Translations under genes and position numbers: made by a program
The notes under the pieces: generated by a model
Seen by the model: the letters and a program-made list of their open reading frames with translations, nothing else
Database searches by the model: none
Told to the model about the DNA's origin: nothing
Part shown: piece after piece, positions 34,193-46,700 of the stretch
Numbering within the stretch: position 1 is the stretch's first letter
How the letters are laid out: every line of letters starts with the position of its first letter
Source: Escherichia coli
GTDB taxonomy: Bacteria > Pseudomonadota > Gammaproteobacteria > Enterobacterales > Enterobacteriaceae
Length of the DNA stretch: 64,000 bases
NCBI RefSeq assembly: GCF_003018115.1
Contig: NZ_CP027457.1
Direction: 5' to 3' (one strand)

Positions 34193-34930
34193 ATGACGTT
34201 AACTGCTTCATCTTCTTCCCGCGCTGTTACGAATTCTCCTGTGGTTGTTGCCCTTGATTATCATAATCGTGATGCCGCGCTGGCCTTTGTCGACAAGATC
34301 GACCCACGCGATTGTCGTCTGAAGGTCGGCAAAGAGATGTTTACATTGTTTGGGCCACAGTTTGTGCGCGAACTTCAACAGCGTGGTTTTGATATCTTTC
34401 TTGACCTGAAATTCCACGATATCCCCAACACTGCAGCGCACGCTGTCGCTGCTGCAGCTGACTTAGGCGTGTGGATGGTGAATGTTCATGCCTCTGGTGG
34501 GGCGCGTATGATGACCGCAGCGCGTGAGGCACTGGTTCCGTATGGCAAAGATGCACCGCTTTTGATTGCTGTGACAGTGTTGACCAGCATGGAAGCCAGC
34601 GACCTGGCCGATCTTGGCGTGACACTGTCACCTGCAGATTATGCAGAACGTCTGGCGGCACTGACGCAAAAATGTGGCCTTGATGGTGTGGTGTGTTCTG
34701 CTCAGGAAGCTGTGCGCTTTAAACAGGTATTCGGTCAGGAGTTCAAACTGGTTACACCGGGCATTCGTCCGCAGGGGAGTGAAGCAGGTGACCAGCGCCG
34801 CATTATGACGCCAGAACAGGCGTTGGCGGCTGGTGTTGATTATATGGTGATTGGTCGCCCGGTAACGCAATCGGTAGATCCAGCGCAGACGCTGAAAGCG
34901 ATCAACGCCTCTTTACAGCGGAGTGCATGA
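34193..34930 (+). CDS. pyrF: Orotidine-5'-phosphate decarboxylase
   Basis: 245 aa from [23 protein letters not shown]... Confidence 0.95.
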   Translation: MTLTASSSSRAVTNSPVVVALDYHNRDAALAFVDKIDPRDCRLKVGKEMFTLFGPQFVRELQQRGFDIFLDLKFHDIPNTAAHAVAAAADLGVWMVNVHASGGARMMTAAREALVPYGKDAPLLIAVTVLTSMEASDLADLGVTLSPADYAERLAALTQKCGLDGVVCSAQEAVRFKQVFGQEFKLVTPGIRPQGSEAGDQRRIMTPEQALAAGVDYMVIGRPVTQSVDPAQTLKAINASLQRSA

Positions 34931-35256
34931 TGAGTGATTCCAACAGCCGTCTGGTCTACTCAACAGAAACCGGGCGTATTGATGAGCCCAAAGCGGCCCC
35001 AGTACGCCCTAAAGGCGATGGTGTGGTGCGTATTCAGCGTCAGACCAGTGGACGTAAAGGTAAGGGCGTTTGCCTGATTACCGGTGTCGATCTCGATGAT
35101 GCCGAACTGACAAAACTTGCAGCGGAACTGAAGAAAAAATGCGGCTGCGGCGGAGCAGTTAAAGATGGAGTTATTGAAATCCAGGGCGATAAGCGTGATT
35201 TATTAAAATCACTACTTGAAGCGAAAGGGATGAAGGTAAAACTCGCAGGCGGTTAA
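34930..35256 (+). CDS. yciH: SUI1/eIF1-like translation factor YciH
   Basis: 108 aa [17 protein letters not shown]...; translationally coupled to pyrF. Confidence 0.9.
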   Translation: MSDSNSRLVYSTETGRIDEPKAAPVRPKGDGVVRIQRQTSGRKGKGVCLITGVDLDDAELTKLAAELKKKCGCGGAVKDGVIEIQGDKRDLLKSLLEAKGMKVKLAGG

Positions 35257-35262
35257 CATAAA

Positions 35263-35297
35263 AAGCCACGGATATATCCGTGGCTTTCGAATATTTT
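35263..35297. terminator. Bidirectional terminator between yciH and osmB
   Basis: aagccacgg / ccgtggctt stem with atatat loop. Confidence 0.55.
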
Positions 35298-35381
35298 ACT
35301 GTGTGTATTATTCAGTTATTTCGTTCTGAACAGAATCAAGCGTATTATAATTGCGAGTCGATAATCGACATTTATTTACGA

Positions 35382-35600
35382 TTATTTACCGACCTGGTGA
35401 CCAATAACACCACCGACAGCTGCGCCACCTAATGTACCCAACGTACTGCCATCGGTCAGTACTGCACCGCCTAATGCCCCTGCACCCGCGCCGATTGCGG
35501 TGTTGCGGTCCCGTTTAGACCAGTTAGAACAGGCACTCAGAGACATTGCCAGGGTAATTGCCAGAACAGCCGCGGTCATTTTTTTGCTCGTTACAAACAT
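35382..35600 (-). CDS. osmB: Osmotically inducible lipoprotein B
   Basis: 72 aa; lipobox LSAC; Gly-rich. Confidence 0.9.
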   Translation of the reverse strand: MFVTSKKMTAAVLAITLAMSLSACSNWSKRDRNTAIGAGAGALGGAVLTDGSTLGTLGGAAVGGVIGHQVGK

Positions 35601-35868
35601 AATACTCTCTCCTGAATTTATGATTCACGGAAGTAAGCTCTCTATAACTATAATAGCTAAGAATAAGCCTGATGAAATTATTCCGTGAAATCCGCTCGCG
35701 CGCAGGGTTATATCACGCAGGTGATAATGACTTCCTGTTATATCGCTGATAATAATTTTATATCTTGAGAGTGTTAATAACAGGTAAATAGTCTTAATTA
35801 TCAACCAGGAATCATCTTAGAGCGGATGATTTGCCAAACTGCAAATCATCCGTAGAGAAGGGAAATGG

Positions 35869-36618
35869 TTAAATGTCAACGACGTGAACGGTGAGTTTAC
35901 TGTGCTCAAGATGCATCAGATCGCTGGCGCGTATTTTCGAATCGGTAATCACGCGATTGAATCGCTCAACGGGACCGATGGAGTATGAATGTACAGCACC
36001 AAATTTCGAGCTGTCAGTCAGGACTATCGCTTCGCACTCTTTTTCCAGCACGGCATTCACCACATCGGTACGCATCATATCGCGACCGGTGAATCCAGTT
36101 TCAGGTTGCCAGCCATCAATACCAATAAATGCTTTGCTGAAATGTACCTGTTGGATGCACTGGCGTGTCAACGGGCCAACCATACTTTCGCTTTTTTTCT
36201 GGTACACGCCACCGAGCAAAATAACTTCACAAGGCGCGTCTTTCAGCAAATGCGCGATGTAGCTGCTGACCGTGATGATAGTGACATTTTTCTTCTGCTC
36301 CCCCAGAGTCCGGGCGAGCAGGGCATTGCTGCTGCCATTTTCGATAAAGATGGTTTCGCCCGGTTGAACCAGTGACGCGGCAAACTCGGCGAGTTCACGC
36401 TTCAGCGTATAGTTGCTCATCATCCGGGTTTCGACGTCATCACTATCAAGCGAAACTGCAAAACCATGTGCACGGCGGAGGTAACTCAGTTTTTCGAGGG
36501 TGTTGAGATCCTGGCGAATGGTAACTTCAGAAACTCCAGTGGCTTTTGCCAGATCGGTTACGCTAACCTGACCCTGGTCAATGACCATCTGTAGAATAGT
36601 TTGTTGTCGGGAATTCAT
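35869..36618 (-). CDS. yciT: DeoR-family transcriptional regulator YciT
   Basis: 249 aa; N-terminal HTH, DeoR C-terminal domain. Confidence 0.85.
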   Translation of the reverse strand: MNSRQQTILQMVIDQGQVSVTDLAKATGVSEVTIRQDLNTLEKLSYLRRAHGFAVSLDSDDVETRMMSNYTLKRELAEFAASLVQPGETIFIENGSSNALLARTLGEQKKNVTIITVSSYIAHLLKDAPCEVILLGGVYQKKSESMVGPLTRQCIQQVHFSKAFIGIDGWQPETGFTGRDMMRTDVVNAVLEKECEAIVLTDSSKFGAVHSYSIGPVERFNRVITDSKIRASDLMHLEHSKLTVHVVDI

Positions 36619-36708
36619 CGCTGTAATTCTTATAACGTTATAATACTAAATAAAAAAAATACTGACGCGCCGGGCATCCTCAAATAGGAAAACCTGAAGG
36701 CACGATTG

Positions 36709-36882
36709 TTAAATCTCCCACGGTGCCTTCGGGATGTCTGGCGTAGATTCAGCAACCTGGCGCAAGAGTTCTGCTTTAAGAATCTCGAGATTATGGATCG
36801 CAGAGTGGTAATCGCCTGCCACAAGAATATCTAACACAATATCAATACGTTCGGCAACGCGCTGGGCATCAAATTCAGACAT
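36709..36882 (-). CDS. yciZ: Small protein YciZ
   Basis: 57 aa from [20 protein letters not shown]... Confidence 0.7.
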
Positions 36883-37028
36883 CAAGGACATCCTTATAGC
36901 AAAAGGGGAAAATGAATAATGCAAAAATTGCCGCTAAAAGAGAAGTGTTTAACAGCAACGGCTAATTATCATCCGGGAATACGATATATAATGACGGAAT
37001 ATAGCGCTAAGTATATATATTCATCTAC

Positions 37029-39014
37029 TTATGCGCGCTTCAGATAGCGTTTATACCAGCGTTCGAAGGCGACGGCGGGCATCGGTTTGGCAAACAAAAA
37101 TCCTTGCCGCTCATTGATCCCGTTCTTGGTTAAAAAAGCATCTTCCTTTGCACTCTCTACACCTTCGGCGATCACCTGAAGATTCAATGCCTGGGCCACA
37201 GCGACGATTGCCCGAACCAGTGACTGCGAGACAGGTTGTTTGTGAATATCTCGAACAAAAACCTGGTCAAGTTTGATGGCATCGATCGGAAAGCGCGCCA
37301 GTTGCGAAAGTGAAGAGTAGCCGGTACCAAAATCATCCAGATGCACTTGCGCACCTAGTTGGCTAAATTGTTGAATAACAGACAGTGCCAGTTCATCATT
37401 CTCAATCAGACAACTCTCTGTCAATTCAACATCAATAGGGCAGTATTCAAAATTGAGTTCCTGGAGAACCTGTTTCAGGGCGGTGAAAATGGTTTGATCG
37501 GCGAGCTGACGTGCAGAAATGTTTACCGCCACTCGCAGGTTAATGCCTTTATCCCGCCACTTTGCCACCTGGCGTACGACATCGAGAATCACCCAACGGC
37601 CTAAAGGCACAATTAGCCCTGACTCTTCTGCGTAGGAAATGAAGTCCAACGGTGGAATCAACCCACGTTCAGGTGACTGCCAACGTACTAGTGCTTCCAG
37701 ACTGCGCACTTCGCCACGCCAGGTGATTTTCGGTTGATAGTGAATAACCAACTGATCGTTTTCCAGTGCTTTACGCAAGTTGGTATCCAGCCAGAGATAT
37801 TCAAATACTCGCTGATTCATTTCTGGAGTAAAAACGCAAAATTGTCCTCGTCCGCCTTCCTTCGCTGTGTACATTGCTGTGTCGGCGTGACGAATAATAG
37901 CCGTGCTGTCTGAACCATGTTCGGGAGAGAGTGCAATACCTACTGAACAGCTGGTATAAACTTCAATTAAACCAATGCGAAAGGGGAGCCGTAAGCGGGT
38001 CAAAATTCGTGATGCCATTGCTTCCAGCGCGCTTTGTGAGGTGTTGGATGCCAGTACCAGAAACTCATCCCCACCTGGACGCGCCAACACCTGGTCATGT
38101 TCGAGACAGCTTAAAATAGCCAATGACACGTCGCGTAATAACTGGTCACCAAACAAATGCCCATAGGCGTCGTTGACCTTTTTGAAATTATCCAAATCAA
38201 GATACACAACCCCAACTTTATTGTTATCTGCCTGATTAATAGCGTGATCGATTAAATCCTGCATTGCGTTACGATTCGGCAGTCCGGTGATACTGTCGGT
38301 ATTTGCCAGAATACGCAGTCGCTCCTGAGCGCGGCGCTCTTCGGTAATGTCGGTGCCGGAACAGATTAAAAAAATCTCGTTTTTGCCACTGCCGCTGTGG
38401 ACAAATTTATTGCGAAACAGAAACAGCCGCTGGCCTTTACATGTTGGTATCCACAGTTCGACTTCATATGCATTGCCGCTTCGAAAAAATACACGGTTAT
38501 TGCGCCTGGATGCCGCAGCTTCACGACGGCTCATAAACAGTTTAAACACGCTTTGCCCAATGACGTCGTGTTCTTTCAACCCTGTGTAATCTTCACATAA
38601 CCGATTGAAGCGTTGGATATTCCCCCGGCTGTCGAGAATCACTATTGCGGAATGTGCTTCAGAAACTACCTGCTCAGCAAAGGAAAGCCCGTGTGATAAA
38701 TCACGAGCAACCGCCGGTGTGTCATGCCATGCAGACGCGTTGCCAGCCCATTCCCGTTTATTGATTTTTCGTCCTACCAGATGCACAGAAAGATCGCTTT
38801 CATCGACGGTCAGACTCATCATCAGGCTGGAGGTGATGACCGTCATTTCCCTGATGCGAGCAGCCTGTTCGGCAGATAACTGCAATGTACGATCAGGTTC
38901 TGTGGTTTCGGTGGTAGAAAAGCGCAAAACATCGCTGCTTTCCGTCAACCGCCAGTATGGATTGTGCGATCCGAGAAAGTTGTACAACGTTGTGGACTCC
39001 CTAACGGTTTTCAT
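37029..39014 (-). CDS. pdeR: PAS-GGDEF-EAL c-di-GMP phosphodiesterase PdeR (Gmr/YciR)
   Basis: 661 aa; GGDEF region and EAL domain motifs. Confidence 0.9.
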   Translation of the reverse strand: MKTVRESTTLYNFLGSHNPYWRLTESSDVLRFSTTETTEPDRTLQLSAEQAARIREMTVITSSLMMSLTVDESDLSVHLVGRKINKREWAGNASAWHDTPAVARDLSHGLSFAEQVVSEAHSAIVILDSRGNIQRFNRLCEDYTGLKEHDVIGQSVFKLFMSRREAAASRRNNRVFFRSGNAYEVELWIPTCKGQRLFLFRNKFVHSGSGKNEIFLICSGTDITEERRAQERLRILANTDSITGLPNRNAMQDLIDHAINQADNNKVGVVYLDLDNFKKVNDAYGHLFGDQLLRDVSLAILSCLEHDQVLARPGGDEFLVLASNTSQSALEAMASRILTRLRLPFRIGLIEVYTSCSVGIALSPEHGSDSTAIIRHADTAMYTAKEGGRGQFCVFTPEMNQRVFEYLWLDTNLRKALENDQLVIHYQPKITWRGEVRSLEALVRWQSPERGLIPPLDFISYAEESGLIVPLGRWVILDVVRQVAKWRDKGINLRVAVNISARQLADQTIFTALKQVLQELNFEYCPIDVELTESCLIENDELALSVIQQFSQLGAQVHLDDFGTGYSSLSQLARFPIDAIKLDQVFVRDIHKQPVSQSLVRAIVAVAQALNLQVIAEGVESAKEDAFLTKNGINERQGFLFAKPMPAVAFERWYKRYLKRA

Positions 39015-39204
39015 GATGCATATCCTCCGGTTAACAGCGGAGTCCGCGGTTAAATAAAAGGAACAACATGACTTACATGAAATTAACGGCGGCTAAACGC
39101 ATTGTTTTTTTTATATATTTATTTGTAATCCAGTTTTGGAAAAACGCCAGTTTTCAAACGAAAGTCAGTTAAAAAATCTGCCTGGATATAACGAAGGTAG
39201 AGCG

Positions 39205-39240
39205 GGGAAATAAACGGCCCATCCATGAGGAATGGGCCGT
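39205..39240 (-). terminator. rnb terminator
   Basis: acggcccat / atgggccgt stem followed on the - strand by TTTATTT. Confidence 0.5.
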
Positions 39241-39249
39241 GAAAGGAGA

Positions 39250-41184
39250 TTACGCGACCGGGCGCGCAATAATGCTGCGGGTTTCCATGCGGACTTCGGC
39301 AATGGTGACGTCAATAACGTCAGTTACTTTGTAAACCGTTTCACCTTTAATTTGTACAGTGCCGTTTTCCTGGCTGCAAACCAGTTCATCGCGCATAGCG
39401 TGTAAGAAAGGTGCCGGAATAAAGGCGATAGCGCCGTTATCAACCAAACGCACACGCATGCCGCCACGGCTGATATCGACAATTTCCGCCGCGAAACGGG
39501 TGTCGGTCCCGGCTTTGTCTTTCAGGAAGCGTGCGTATAACCAGTCGCCAACATCACGTTCTGCCATCCGGTTGAGACGGCGACGCTCGGCCATTTGGAC
39601 AGTGATTTCATCCTGTGGGCGCGTCGCAGTTTCGCCTTTGATAACCGCTTTCAGCAGACGGTGGTTGATCATGTCGCCATATTTACGGATCGGCGAAGTC
39701 CAGGTGGCGTATGCTTCCAGACCGAGGCCAAAGTGAGGACCGGGTTCAGTGCTAATTTCAGCAAATGACTGGAAGCGACGAATGCGGCTGTCGAGGAAAC
39801 CAGTTGGTTGCGCATCCAGTTCACGACGCAGTTTGCAGAAACCGTCCAGCGTGAGCACTTCTTCGGCATCGACATGCAGACCGTGCGTTTTCAGCAACGC
39901 TGCCAGCGCGTCGGCATTCGCCGGATCAAAGCCCATATGCACGTTATAGATGCCAAAACCGAGCTTATCGCGCAGTACGCGGGCCGCACAAATGTTAGCG
40001 GCAATCATCGCTTCTTCGACGATACGGTTGGCAAAGCGACGAGGCTCGGCGACGATATCCAGCACTTCACCTTTTTCACCGAGAATAAAGCGGTAATCCG
40101 GGCGATCTTTAAACACCAGTGCGTGGTTATGACGCCACTCGCCGCGGCGTTGGCAAATTTGCGCTAGCAAACGGACTTGTTCGGCAATTGCTTCACTTTC
40201 AGGCTGCCAGTCACCGGTATTTTCCAGCCAGTCAGAAACCTGGTCATACACCAGCTTTGCTTTGGATTCGATGGTGGCGGCAAAGAATTCGATATTATCT
40301 TCAATGGTGCCATCAGCGGAGAGCGTCATGCGGCATGCCAGTACCGGGCGGACTTCATTGGCGCGCAGTGAGCAGAGATCGTCAGAAAGCTCGCGAGGCA
40401 GCATAGGGATGTTGAAGCCAGGCAGATAGTTGGTGAATGCGCGAATTTTCGCGGCTTTGTCCAGCTTGCTGCCTTCAGCAATCCACGCGGTTGGATCGGC
40501 AATCGCCACAATCAGCTGAAGTTTGTCATCCGGCAACGCCTTAGCGAAAAGGGCGTCATCCATATCTTCTGTGCTTGCACTGTCGATGGTGACAAAATCC
40601 AGCGCGGTCAGATCTTCACGAACCAGACCTTCATCGAGCATTTCGGTAGAGACGCCGTCTGGTGCTTCTTTTTCCAGATTATGGCGCGCAAGTGTAACCC
40701 ACCACGGTACAAAGTGGTCGTCACCAAAAGTGATGTATTGTGTCAGTTCAGCATAGAAAGAACGATCGCCTTTCAGCGGATGACGGCGCATTTCGGCAAC
40801 CGCCCAGTCGCCTTCTTTAAACTCGTGGTTCAGGCCACGGGCTGCGCGGCAAGGAATGGCGTCTTTTAAGAGTGGATGATCAGGAACGATGGCCAGACGG
40901 TCATTTTTGCCCTGAACTTTACCCACGAAACGAGTCAGGAACGGTTCAACCAGTTCTTCTGGCTCTGCGGATTCACGTTCTTTTTCACTGTGGATCACCG
41001 CGATAATTCGGTCGCCATGCATGACTTTTTTCATCTGCGGCGGCGGAATGAAATAACTTTTTTGCGCGTCGACTTCCAGGAAGCCAAAGCCTTTTTCTGT
41101 GGCTTTTACCACCCCTTCAGCGCGTGGCGTCTGGGAATGCAGTTGCTGTTTAAGCTGCGCTAGCAGCGGGTTGTCCTGAAACAT
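39250..41184 (-). CDS. rnb: Ribonuclease II
   Basis: 644 aa, [39 protein letters not shown]... Confidence 0.95.
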   Translation of the reverse strand: MFQDNPLLAQLKQQLHSQTPRAEGVVKATEKGFGFLEVDAQKSYFIPPPQMKKVMHGDRIIAVIHSEKERESAEPEELVEPFLTRFVGKVQGKNDRLAIVPDHPLLKDAIPCRAARGLNHEFKEGDWAVAEMRRHPLKGDRSFYAELTQYITFGDDHFVPWWVTLARHNLEKEAPDGVSTEMLDEGLVREDLTALDFVTIDSASTEDMDDALFAKALPDDKLQLIVAIADPTAWIAEGSKLDKAAKIRAFTNYLPGFNIPMLPRELSDDLCSLRANEVRPVLACRMTLSADGTIEDNIEFFAATIESKAKLVYDQVSDWLENTGDWQPESEAIAEQVRLLAQICQRRGEWRHNHALVFKDRPDYRFILGEKGEVLDIVAEPRRFANRIVEEAMIAANICAARVLRDKLGFGIYNVHMGFDPANADALAALLKTHGLHVDAEEVLTLDGFCKLRRELDAQPTGFLDSRIRRFQSFAEISTEPGPHFGLGLEAYATWTSPIRKYGDMINHRLLKAVIKGETATRPQDEITVQMAERRRLNRMAERDVGDWLYARFLKDKAGTDTRFAAEIVDISRGGMRVRLVDNGAIAFIPAPFLHAMRDELVCSQENGTVQIKGETVYKVTDVIDVTIAEVRMETRSIIARPVA

Positions 41185-41251
41185 AATTGTCTATTTTGGT
41201 GGCCATTAGAGCGGCTGACAGTTTTACGCGAATCTGTCTGACGCGGCAAGG

Positions 41252-42379
41252 TTAATATGTCTCACCCAACGCGATTTTTAAGCGATTTATCCAGCCACAC
41301 AGCCCGCTCCATACCAGCAGATTAATAATCTGCGTTGATGATTTTTCGTGTTCGAGTAAAGGGCTGAACTGGGCGGCGCTAAAGCGATCGGGTGCTCGGG
41401 TCAGCCATTGTATCGCCTGAACGGTAGCGTGCTCAACAGAATGACGGTCAGCCCATTGGTTAATTTCATTTTCGCCCTTGCGCACAAGGGCGCTGATTTT
41501 TTTATATTCATTTGATGAATCCATACAGGCGGCAAAACAAGCAGGACTGCCATTTATCCGCGCGCATAACAACGCCGCAAGCTTATTATCCGGCTGTGTA
41601 TTAACCCGTGTACTGTTTAACAACCTTTCGAGAAGGGAAAGTGAAATAGGGTGGAGAGAGAGTGTTTCGGCCAGTTGGCAAAGTTCTGCAGTTGAACTTT
41701 TTGTGTACTCTTCAGGTAGTTTTTCCACCTCATAGCTGCTTCGCCAGCGTATTGATTCATCAGCAAACAGTGACGCGTCGGCGTAGTTTTGTATTTCCAG
41801 ACCGGGTAACCAGCGTACCGGGTGCCCGAGATAAGCCTGAAATGTCGCAATGGTCCGCGCCTGAAAGCCAATAAAACCAATGATTTGGTTAATGATCACA
41901 CAGTCCCAGGCAGTAAGACCGACGTCATTCAGATGCTGGCGCGATCGGTTGTCGATAATAGAAGGCGAGCTAGCCAGTTGGCGGGCATATTGCGTGATTT
42001 GTGCCAACCTATGATTGCTTTCCCTGGAGGAATCAGGCCCGGGGAGCGGCGTAAGTCGCGCCGAATAGTAGTTACATAACCGCTGGACGCCGCAAACCTG
42101 AGCAACCGTCAGGGCCGTAGACAAGCGTTCATAAGCGGTGAAGGTCTGTGAACGGGTCACGGTAAGCTGGTCAGGGAACAATTCCACTGCAAGAACGCGC
42201 GCAGGGACCAGCCATGAAAGGAAGGGAGCCAGCGTTTCTTCATCAAGGATCACGTCGAGCAGAAAGGGATCGCTGACCTTTGCGGCTTCCGGGACCAGAG
42301 GCAGAACGTCATACTCCGCAGTACTGGATTGCGTTTCATGATACCAGTGGCTTTTGCCGGTGATGTGGCGTTGTTCCAT
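41252..42379 (-). CDS. yciW: Putative peroxidase-related protein YciW (AhpD-like)
   Basis: 375 aa from [16 protein letters not shown]... Confidence 0.8.
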   Translation of the reverse strand: MEQRHITGKSHWYHETQSSTAEYDVLPLVPEAAKVSDPFLLDVILDEETLAPFLSWLVPARVLAVELFPDQLTVTRSQTFTAYERLSTALTVAQVCGVQRLCNYYSARLTPLPGPDSSRESNHRLAQITQYARQLASSPSIIDNRSRQHLNDVGLTAWDCVIINQIIGFIGFQARTIATFQAYLGHPVRWLPGLEIQNYADASLFADESIRWRSSYEVEKLPEEYTKSSTAELCQLAETLSLHPISLSLLERLLNSTRVNTQPDNKLAALLCARINGSPACFAACMDSSNEYKKISALVRKGENEINQWADRHSVEHATVQAIQWLTRAPDRFSAAQFSPLLEHEKSSTQIINLLVWSGLCGWINRLKIALGETY

Positions 42380-42523
42380 GGGCGCTCCTTGGTCGTAAAG
42401 GAAATCGTTATCCTGACGCAAGGCGGGAAGGGGAGAAAGACGGATCGGCGATAACAAATATCAGAAAGGTATAACAGAGATAACGGGCGGCAGAACGCCG
42501 CCCAATATTTACCAACAGAATGA

Positions 42524-43312
42524 TTATTTCAATTCGAGTTCGTTCATTGCAGCGATGCTGAAACCGCCGTCAACGTGGACCACTTCACCGGAGATACCGG
42601 CAGAGAGATCGGAGCACAGGAATGCCGCAGAGTTACCCACATCTTCAATAGTAACGGTACGGCGAATCGGGGTAACGGCTTCGCAATGAGCCAGCATTTT
42701 GCGGAAGTCTTTGATACCGGAGGCCGCCAGAGTACGGATCGGACCAGCAGAGATGGCGTTAACACGCACACCTTCCGGACCCATCGCGTTCGCCATATAG
42801 CGCACGTTCGCTTCCAGAGACGCTTTTGCCAGACCCATAACGTTGTAGTTCGGGATAGCGCGCTCAGCGCCAAGGTAGGAAAGGGTCAGCAGGGCAGAAC
42901 CCGGATTCAGCATGGAGCGGCAAGCTTTTGCCATTGCAACGAAGCTGTAGGAGCTGATGTCGTGGGCAATTTTGAAGCCTTCACGGGTAACGGCGTTAAC
43001 ATAGTCACCATCCAGCTGATCGCCAGGTGCAAAACCAATAGAGTGTACGAAACCGTCAAATTTCGGCCAGACTTTACCCAGTTCAGCGAACATGGTGTCG
43101 ATGCTGGCATCTTCTGCAACATCGCACTGCAGAACGATGTCAGAACCCAATTGAGCGGCAAATTCTTCTACGCGGCCTTTCAGTTTGTCGTTCTGGTAGG
43201 TGAATGCCAGTTCAGCTCCTTCGCGGTGCATCGCCTGAGCGATACCGTAGGCGATGGACAGTTTGCTGGCAACACCGGTTACCAGAATGCGCTTACCGGA
43301 AAGAAAACCCAT
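42524..43312 (-). CDS. fabI: Enoyl-ACP reductase (NADH)
   Basis: 262 aa, [28 protein letters not shown]... Confidence 0.95.
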
Positions 43313-43422
43313 AGCTTTAATCCTTATTGTTGATGCTTGTTGTGCCTGAAAATCAGGCGATTCGTTGTTTAAATAAACAGTACGAACAGATAAACAGTTA
43401 TTATAATCAACCTGGCTGTGAG

Positions 43423-43620
43423 TGGCTATAGCTGCCAGGTCCGACCGGAGCAGGGTGCGGGCAGGGTGGGCGCTATTCCCCTCACCCTAACCCTCTCCCC
43501 AGAGGGGCGAGGGGACCATATTGTGCAAATATTGTTACCCCAGCAACAAACAGGCTCATACAGCCCCCTAACCCTTTCAGGGAGAGGGTTGGGGTGAGGG
43601 TGACAGGCGGTTCAGTTCCT
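43423..43620. repeat. Pair of inverted intergenic repeat units (ccctctcccc...gaggggcgagggg type)
   Basis: cctcaccctaaccctctccccagaggggcgagggg at about 43480-43520 and its near reverse complement at about 43562-43610. Confidence 0.5.
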
Positions 43621-43942
43621 GCAGAATAATCTCCAGCACCGCCACCTCATTACAATCAATCTCGTTATTCCAGAAACGCAGCACAGTCCAGCCCTGCGAC
43701 TCAAGCCAGCTAGTGCGCCTGGAATCATAGGCAACTGCCAAATCATGCTGCCCACCATCCAGCTCAACGACTACACGCGCCGAGCAGCAAGCAAAATCGA
43801 GAATGTAGCTCCCCACCGGATGTTGACGGCGAAATTTGAAATCACCAAAACGTCGGCTGCGAAGATATCGCCAGAGCTTTCGTTCCTGCAAAGTGAGATT
43901 GCGTCTTAAATCACGCGCATTTGATTTTATTTTATCCATCAT
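43577..43942 (-). CDS. ycjD: DUF559 endonuclease-like protein YcjD
   Basis: 121-aa ORF whose last ~13 codons (LSPSPQPSP) lie inside the repeat unit. Confidence 0.7.
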   Translation of the reverse strand: MMDKIKSNARDLRRNLTLQERKLWRYLRSRRFGDFKFRRQHPVGSYILDFACCSARVVVELDGGQHDLAVAYDSRRTSWLESQGWTVLRFWNNEIDCNEVAVLEIILQELNRLSPSPQPSP

Positions 43943-44009
43943 CTCATTCTGACAAGATTTAATCTCTTGTCAGAATGAGATGAATAATCTGGAAGGAGGA
44001 TTCAGAAAA

Positions 44010-44816
44010 TTAGCGATCTTTACGCCATGCATCCGCCGTCAATGCCTCGCCAAAATGACCGGCAATCAGCCGTTTGGTGAGTTCATGCAGCGGCGATGCC
44101 AGCACATCCGCGGTGCTGCCTCGCTCGACAACCTCGCCCTGATGCATCACCAGCACCTGGTCGCTAATGTGCTTCATCATTCCGATATGCTGGGTAACAT
44201 AAATATACGAAATGCCCTGTTTTTCCTGTAATTCCAGCATCAGATTAATCAACTGCGAACGCATCGACATATCCAGTGAAGCGAGGGCTTCATCGGCAAT
44301 AATGACTTTTGGGCGCAATATCAGCGCGCGCGCCAGACCCAGACGCTGTTTTTGCCCGGGGGCCAACATATGCGGATAGTAACTGACGTGATCCGGTAGC
44401 AGCCCAACCATACGCATCGTTTCAATAATCTGTTTGCGACGCTGTTCCGGTTCCAGGTTGGTGTTCAGGCGCAGTGGAAAATCCAGGATTTGCGAGATAC
44501 GTTGACGGGGATTCAACGAGGTCGAAGGATCCTGAAAAATCATGCGAATACGCTGACTGCGGAAGGAATAATCGCCAAAATGCAGTGGATGATCGTCAAT
44601 CAATAACTCGCCGCTGGTAGGTTCTATCATTCCCGCCAGCATTTTTGCCAGCGTGGATTTACCCGAACCATTCTCGCCAATAATCGCCAGTGTCTGGCCT
44701 TCACGTAGCGTAAAGCTCAAGGGTTTTACCGCTTCTACGGTCTGGCGACGAAACCAACCGGTCCGGTAGCGGAACGTTTTACTTAAATTACGCACTTCAA
44801 GCAGCGTTTCGATCAT
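44010..44816 (-). CDS. sapF: Peptide ABC transporter ATPase SapF
   Basis: 268 aa; Walker A GENGSGKST. Confidence 0.9.
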   Translation of the reverse strand: MIETLLEVRNLSKTFRYRTGWFRRQTVEAVKPLSFTLREGQTLAIIGENGSGKSTLAKMLAGMIEPTSGELLIDDHPLHFGDYSFRSQRIRMIFQDPSTSLNPRQRISQILDFPLRLNTNLEPEQRRKQIIETMRMVGLLPDHVSYYPHMLAPGQKQRLGLARALILRPKVIIADEALASLDMSMRSQLINLMLELQEKQGISYIYVTQHIGMMKHISDQVLVMHQGEVVERGSTADVLASPLHELTKRLIAGHFGEALTADAWRKDR

Positions 44817-44817
44817 C

Positions 44818-45810
44818 TCACTCTTTCTCCATGTTCAGCGGGAAATGACAGGCATAGAGATGATTTTTCGCCCCCGTCAAACGTGGCGTCACAATGCATT
44901 CTCGTTGTGCATATGGGCAACGTGGCCCCAGACGACAACCAATCGGTAACTGTTCAAGCAGTGGGATAGCGCCGGGTAGCGTATTGAGGCGACTTTTATG
45001 CGGCATCGCGCTGCCGAAGTCTGGTATCGCGCGGATCAGCGCCTGGGTATAAGGATGATGTGGCATCGTCACCAACTCCTTACTCGGCGCGGTTTCCACC
45101 GTTTGACCGCAGTAAAGCACGTTAATTTTATCCGCCCATTGGCTAAGCATTTGTAAGTCATGGCTGATAAGCAAAATAGTGGTATTGCTGTTTTGGTTGA
45201 GACGCGTCAGCAGGCGAAAGATTTGCGCCTGGGTTGTTGGCTCCATTGAGTTTGTCGGTTCGTCAGCAATCAGCAGACGCGGTTGATTCGCCAGTGCAAT
45301 GGCTATCATCACTTTCTGACATTCACCTTCGGTCAACTCATAGGGAAAACTGCGCATCGCATCTTTGTGATCTTTAATCCCCACGCGGTGCAGCAGTTCA
45401 ATGGCACGCCGTTTGCGCCAGCCAAAACGCTGCCACCAACGGCCTTTATAGGTCCAGGCTGGGATGTTTTGCATCAACTGGCGACCCACACGTTCTGAAG
45501 GATCTAGACACGACTGCGGTTCCTGGAAAATCATCGACACGTTGTGGCCAACCAGTTTGCGCCGTTCGCGTGCGGAGAGACGCAGCAAATCGATATCATC
45601 AAAACGCATACGGTCAGCAGTAACACGCCAGTTATCTTTATTCACCCCACAAATCGCTTTCGCAATCAAACTCTTGCCGGAACCGGATTCACCAACAAGA
45701 CCGCGGATTTCACCTTCGGTTAAGGTCATACTTACCCGGTCGACGGCTTTAACCCACTCATCCCCGGTTTTAAATTCAATAGTCAGGTTACGAATATCGA
45801 GTAATGGCAT
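44818..45810 (-). CDS. sapD: Peptide ABC transporter ATPase SapD
   Basis: 330 aa; Walker A GESGSGKS. Confidence 0.9.
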
Positions 45811-46700
45811 TATTCCACCCCCGCAATAATTGCACGACGGACACCGTCGCCAAGGAGGTTAACCAACAACACGCTAATCATAATTGCCGCACCTGGCAGC
45901 ATGACAGTCCACGGGGCGACATAAATCAGTTCCAGCGCATCACCGAGCATCGCTCCCCATTCAGGCGAGGGGAGTTGTGCGCCGAGATCGAGAAAGCCCA
46001 GCGCGGCGATATCGAGAATTGCCATCGACAGTGCGCGGGTGATCTCGGTGACCAGCCCGGCGGTGATGTTTGGCATCACAGCAAACCAGAGAATATTCAG
46101 CGTTGATGCGCCATCCAGACGGGCGGCGATAACGTACTCTTTTTCCAGTTCGTCATGCACCATGCTGTAAATCGAACGTACCATACGCGGCAGCAATGCC
46201 AGCCAGACAGCAAACATAGCGTGGGACAAACTCGGTCCGGCAAACGCTACAACGATAATGGCCAACAGCAGCGAAGGGATCGCCAGTAAGGTATCCAGAA
46301 TATGGTTAAGCACCGCTGAGCGGAGGCCGTGTGTCGCCCCGGCGAAGGTGCCCAGTACCAGGCCACAGATCGTCGCGGCAAGCGTCACCACAAATGCGCC
46401 ACCCACGGTTGGCGCAGCTCCGCTCAGTAAACGGCTTAAAACATCGCGTCCGAGGTCGTCAGTCCCCAGGAAGAAAGAAACTTCGCCATAGCGCGACCAT
46501 GACGGCGGCAATAATTGATAACCGAGAAATTGCTGGTCGATGCCGTAAGGCGCAAACCAGCCGCCAAAAATACACAGTACAGCCAGCCCCGCGCAGCCGT
46601 ACAGGCCGACCATCGCAGAGGCGTCACTATAAAATTTGCGCCAGGCGGTACGCAGCGTGCCCGGCGGGCGCTTTTCGCTGTATACGCTATCGTAAGGCAT
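45810..46700 (-). CDS. sapC: Peptide ABC transporter permease SapC
   Basis: 296 aa polytopic membrane protein. Confidence 0.9.

Noticed and set aside
42575-43333. 252-aa ORF on the + strand
   Set aside because: Antisense to fabI across its whole length; shadow ORF
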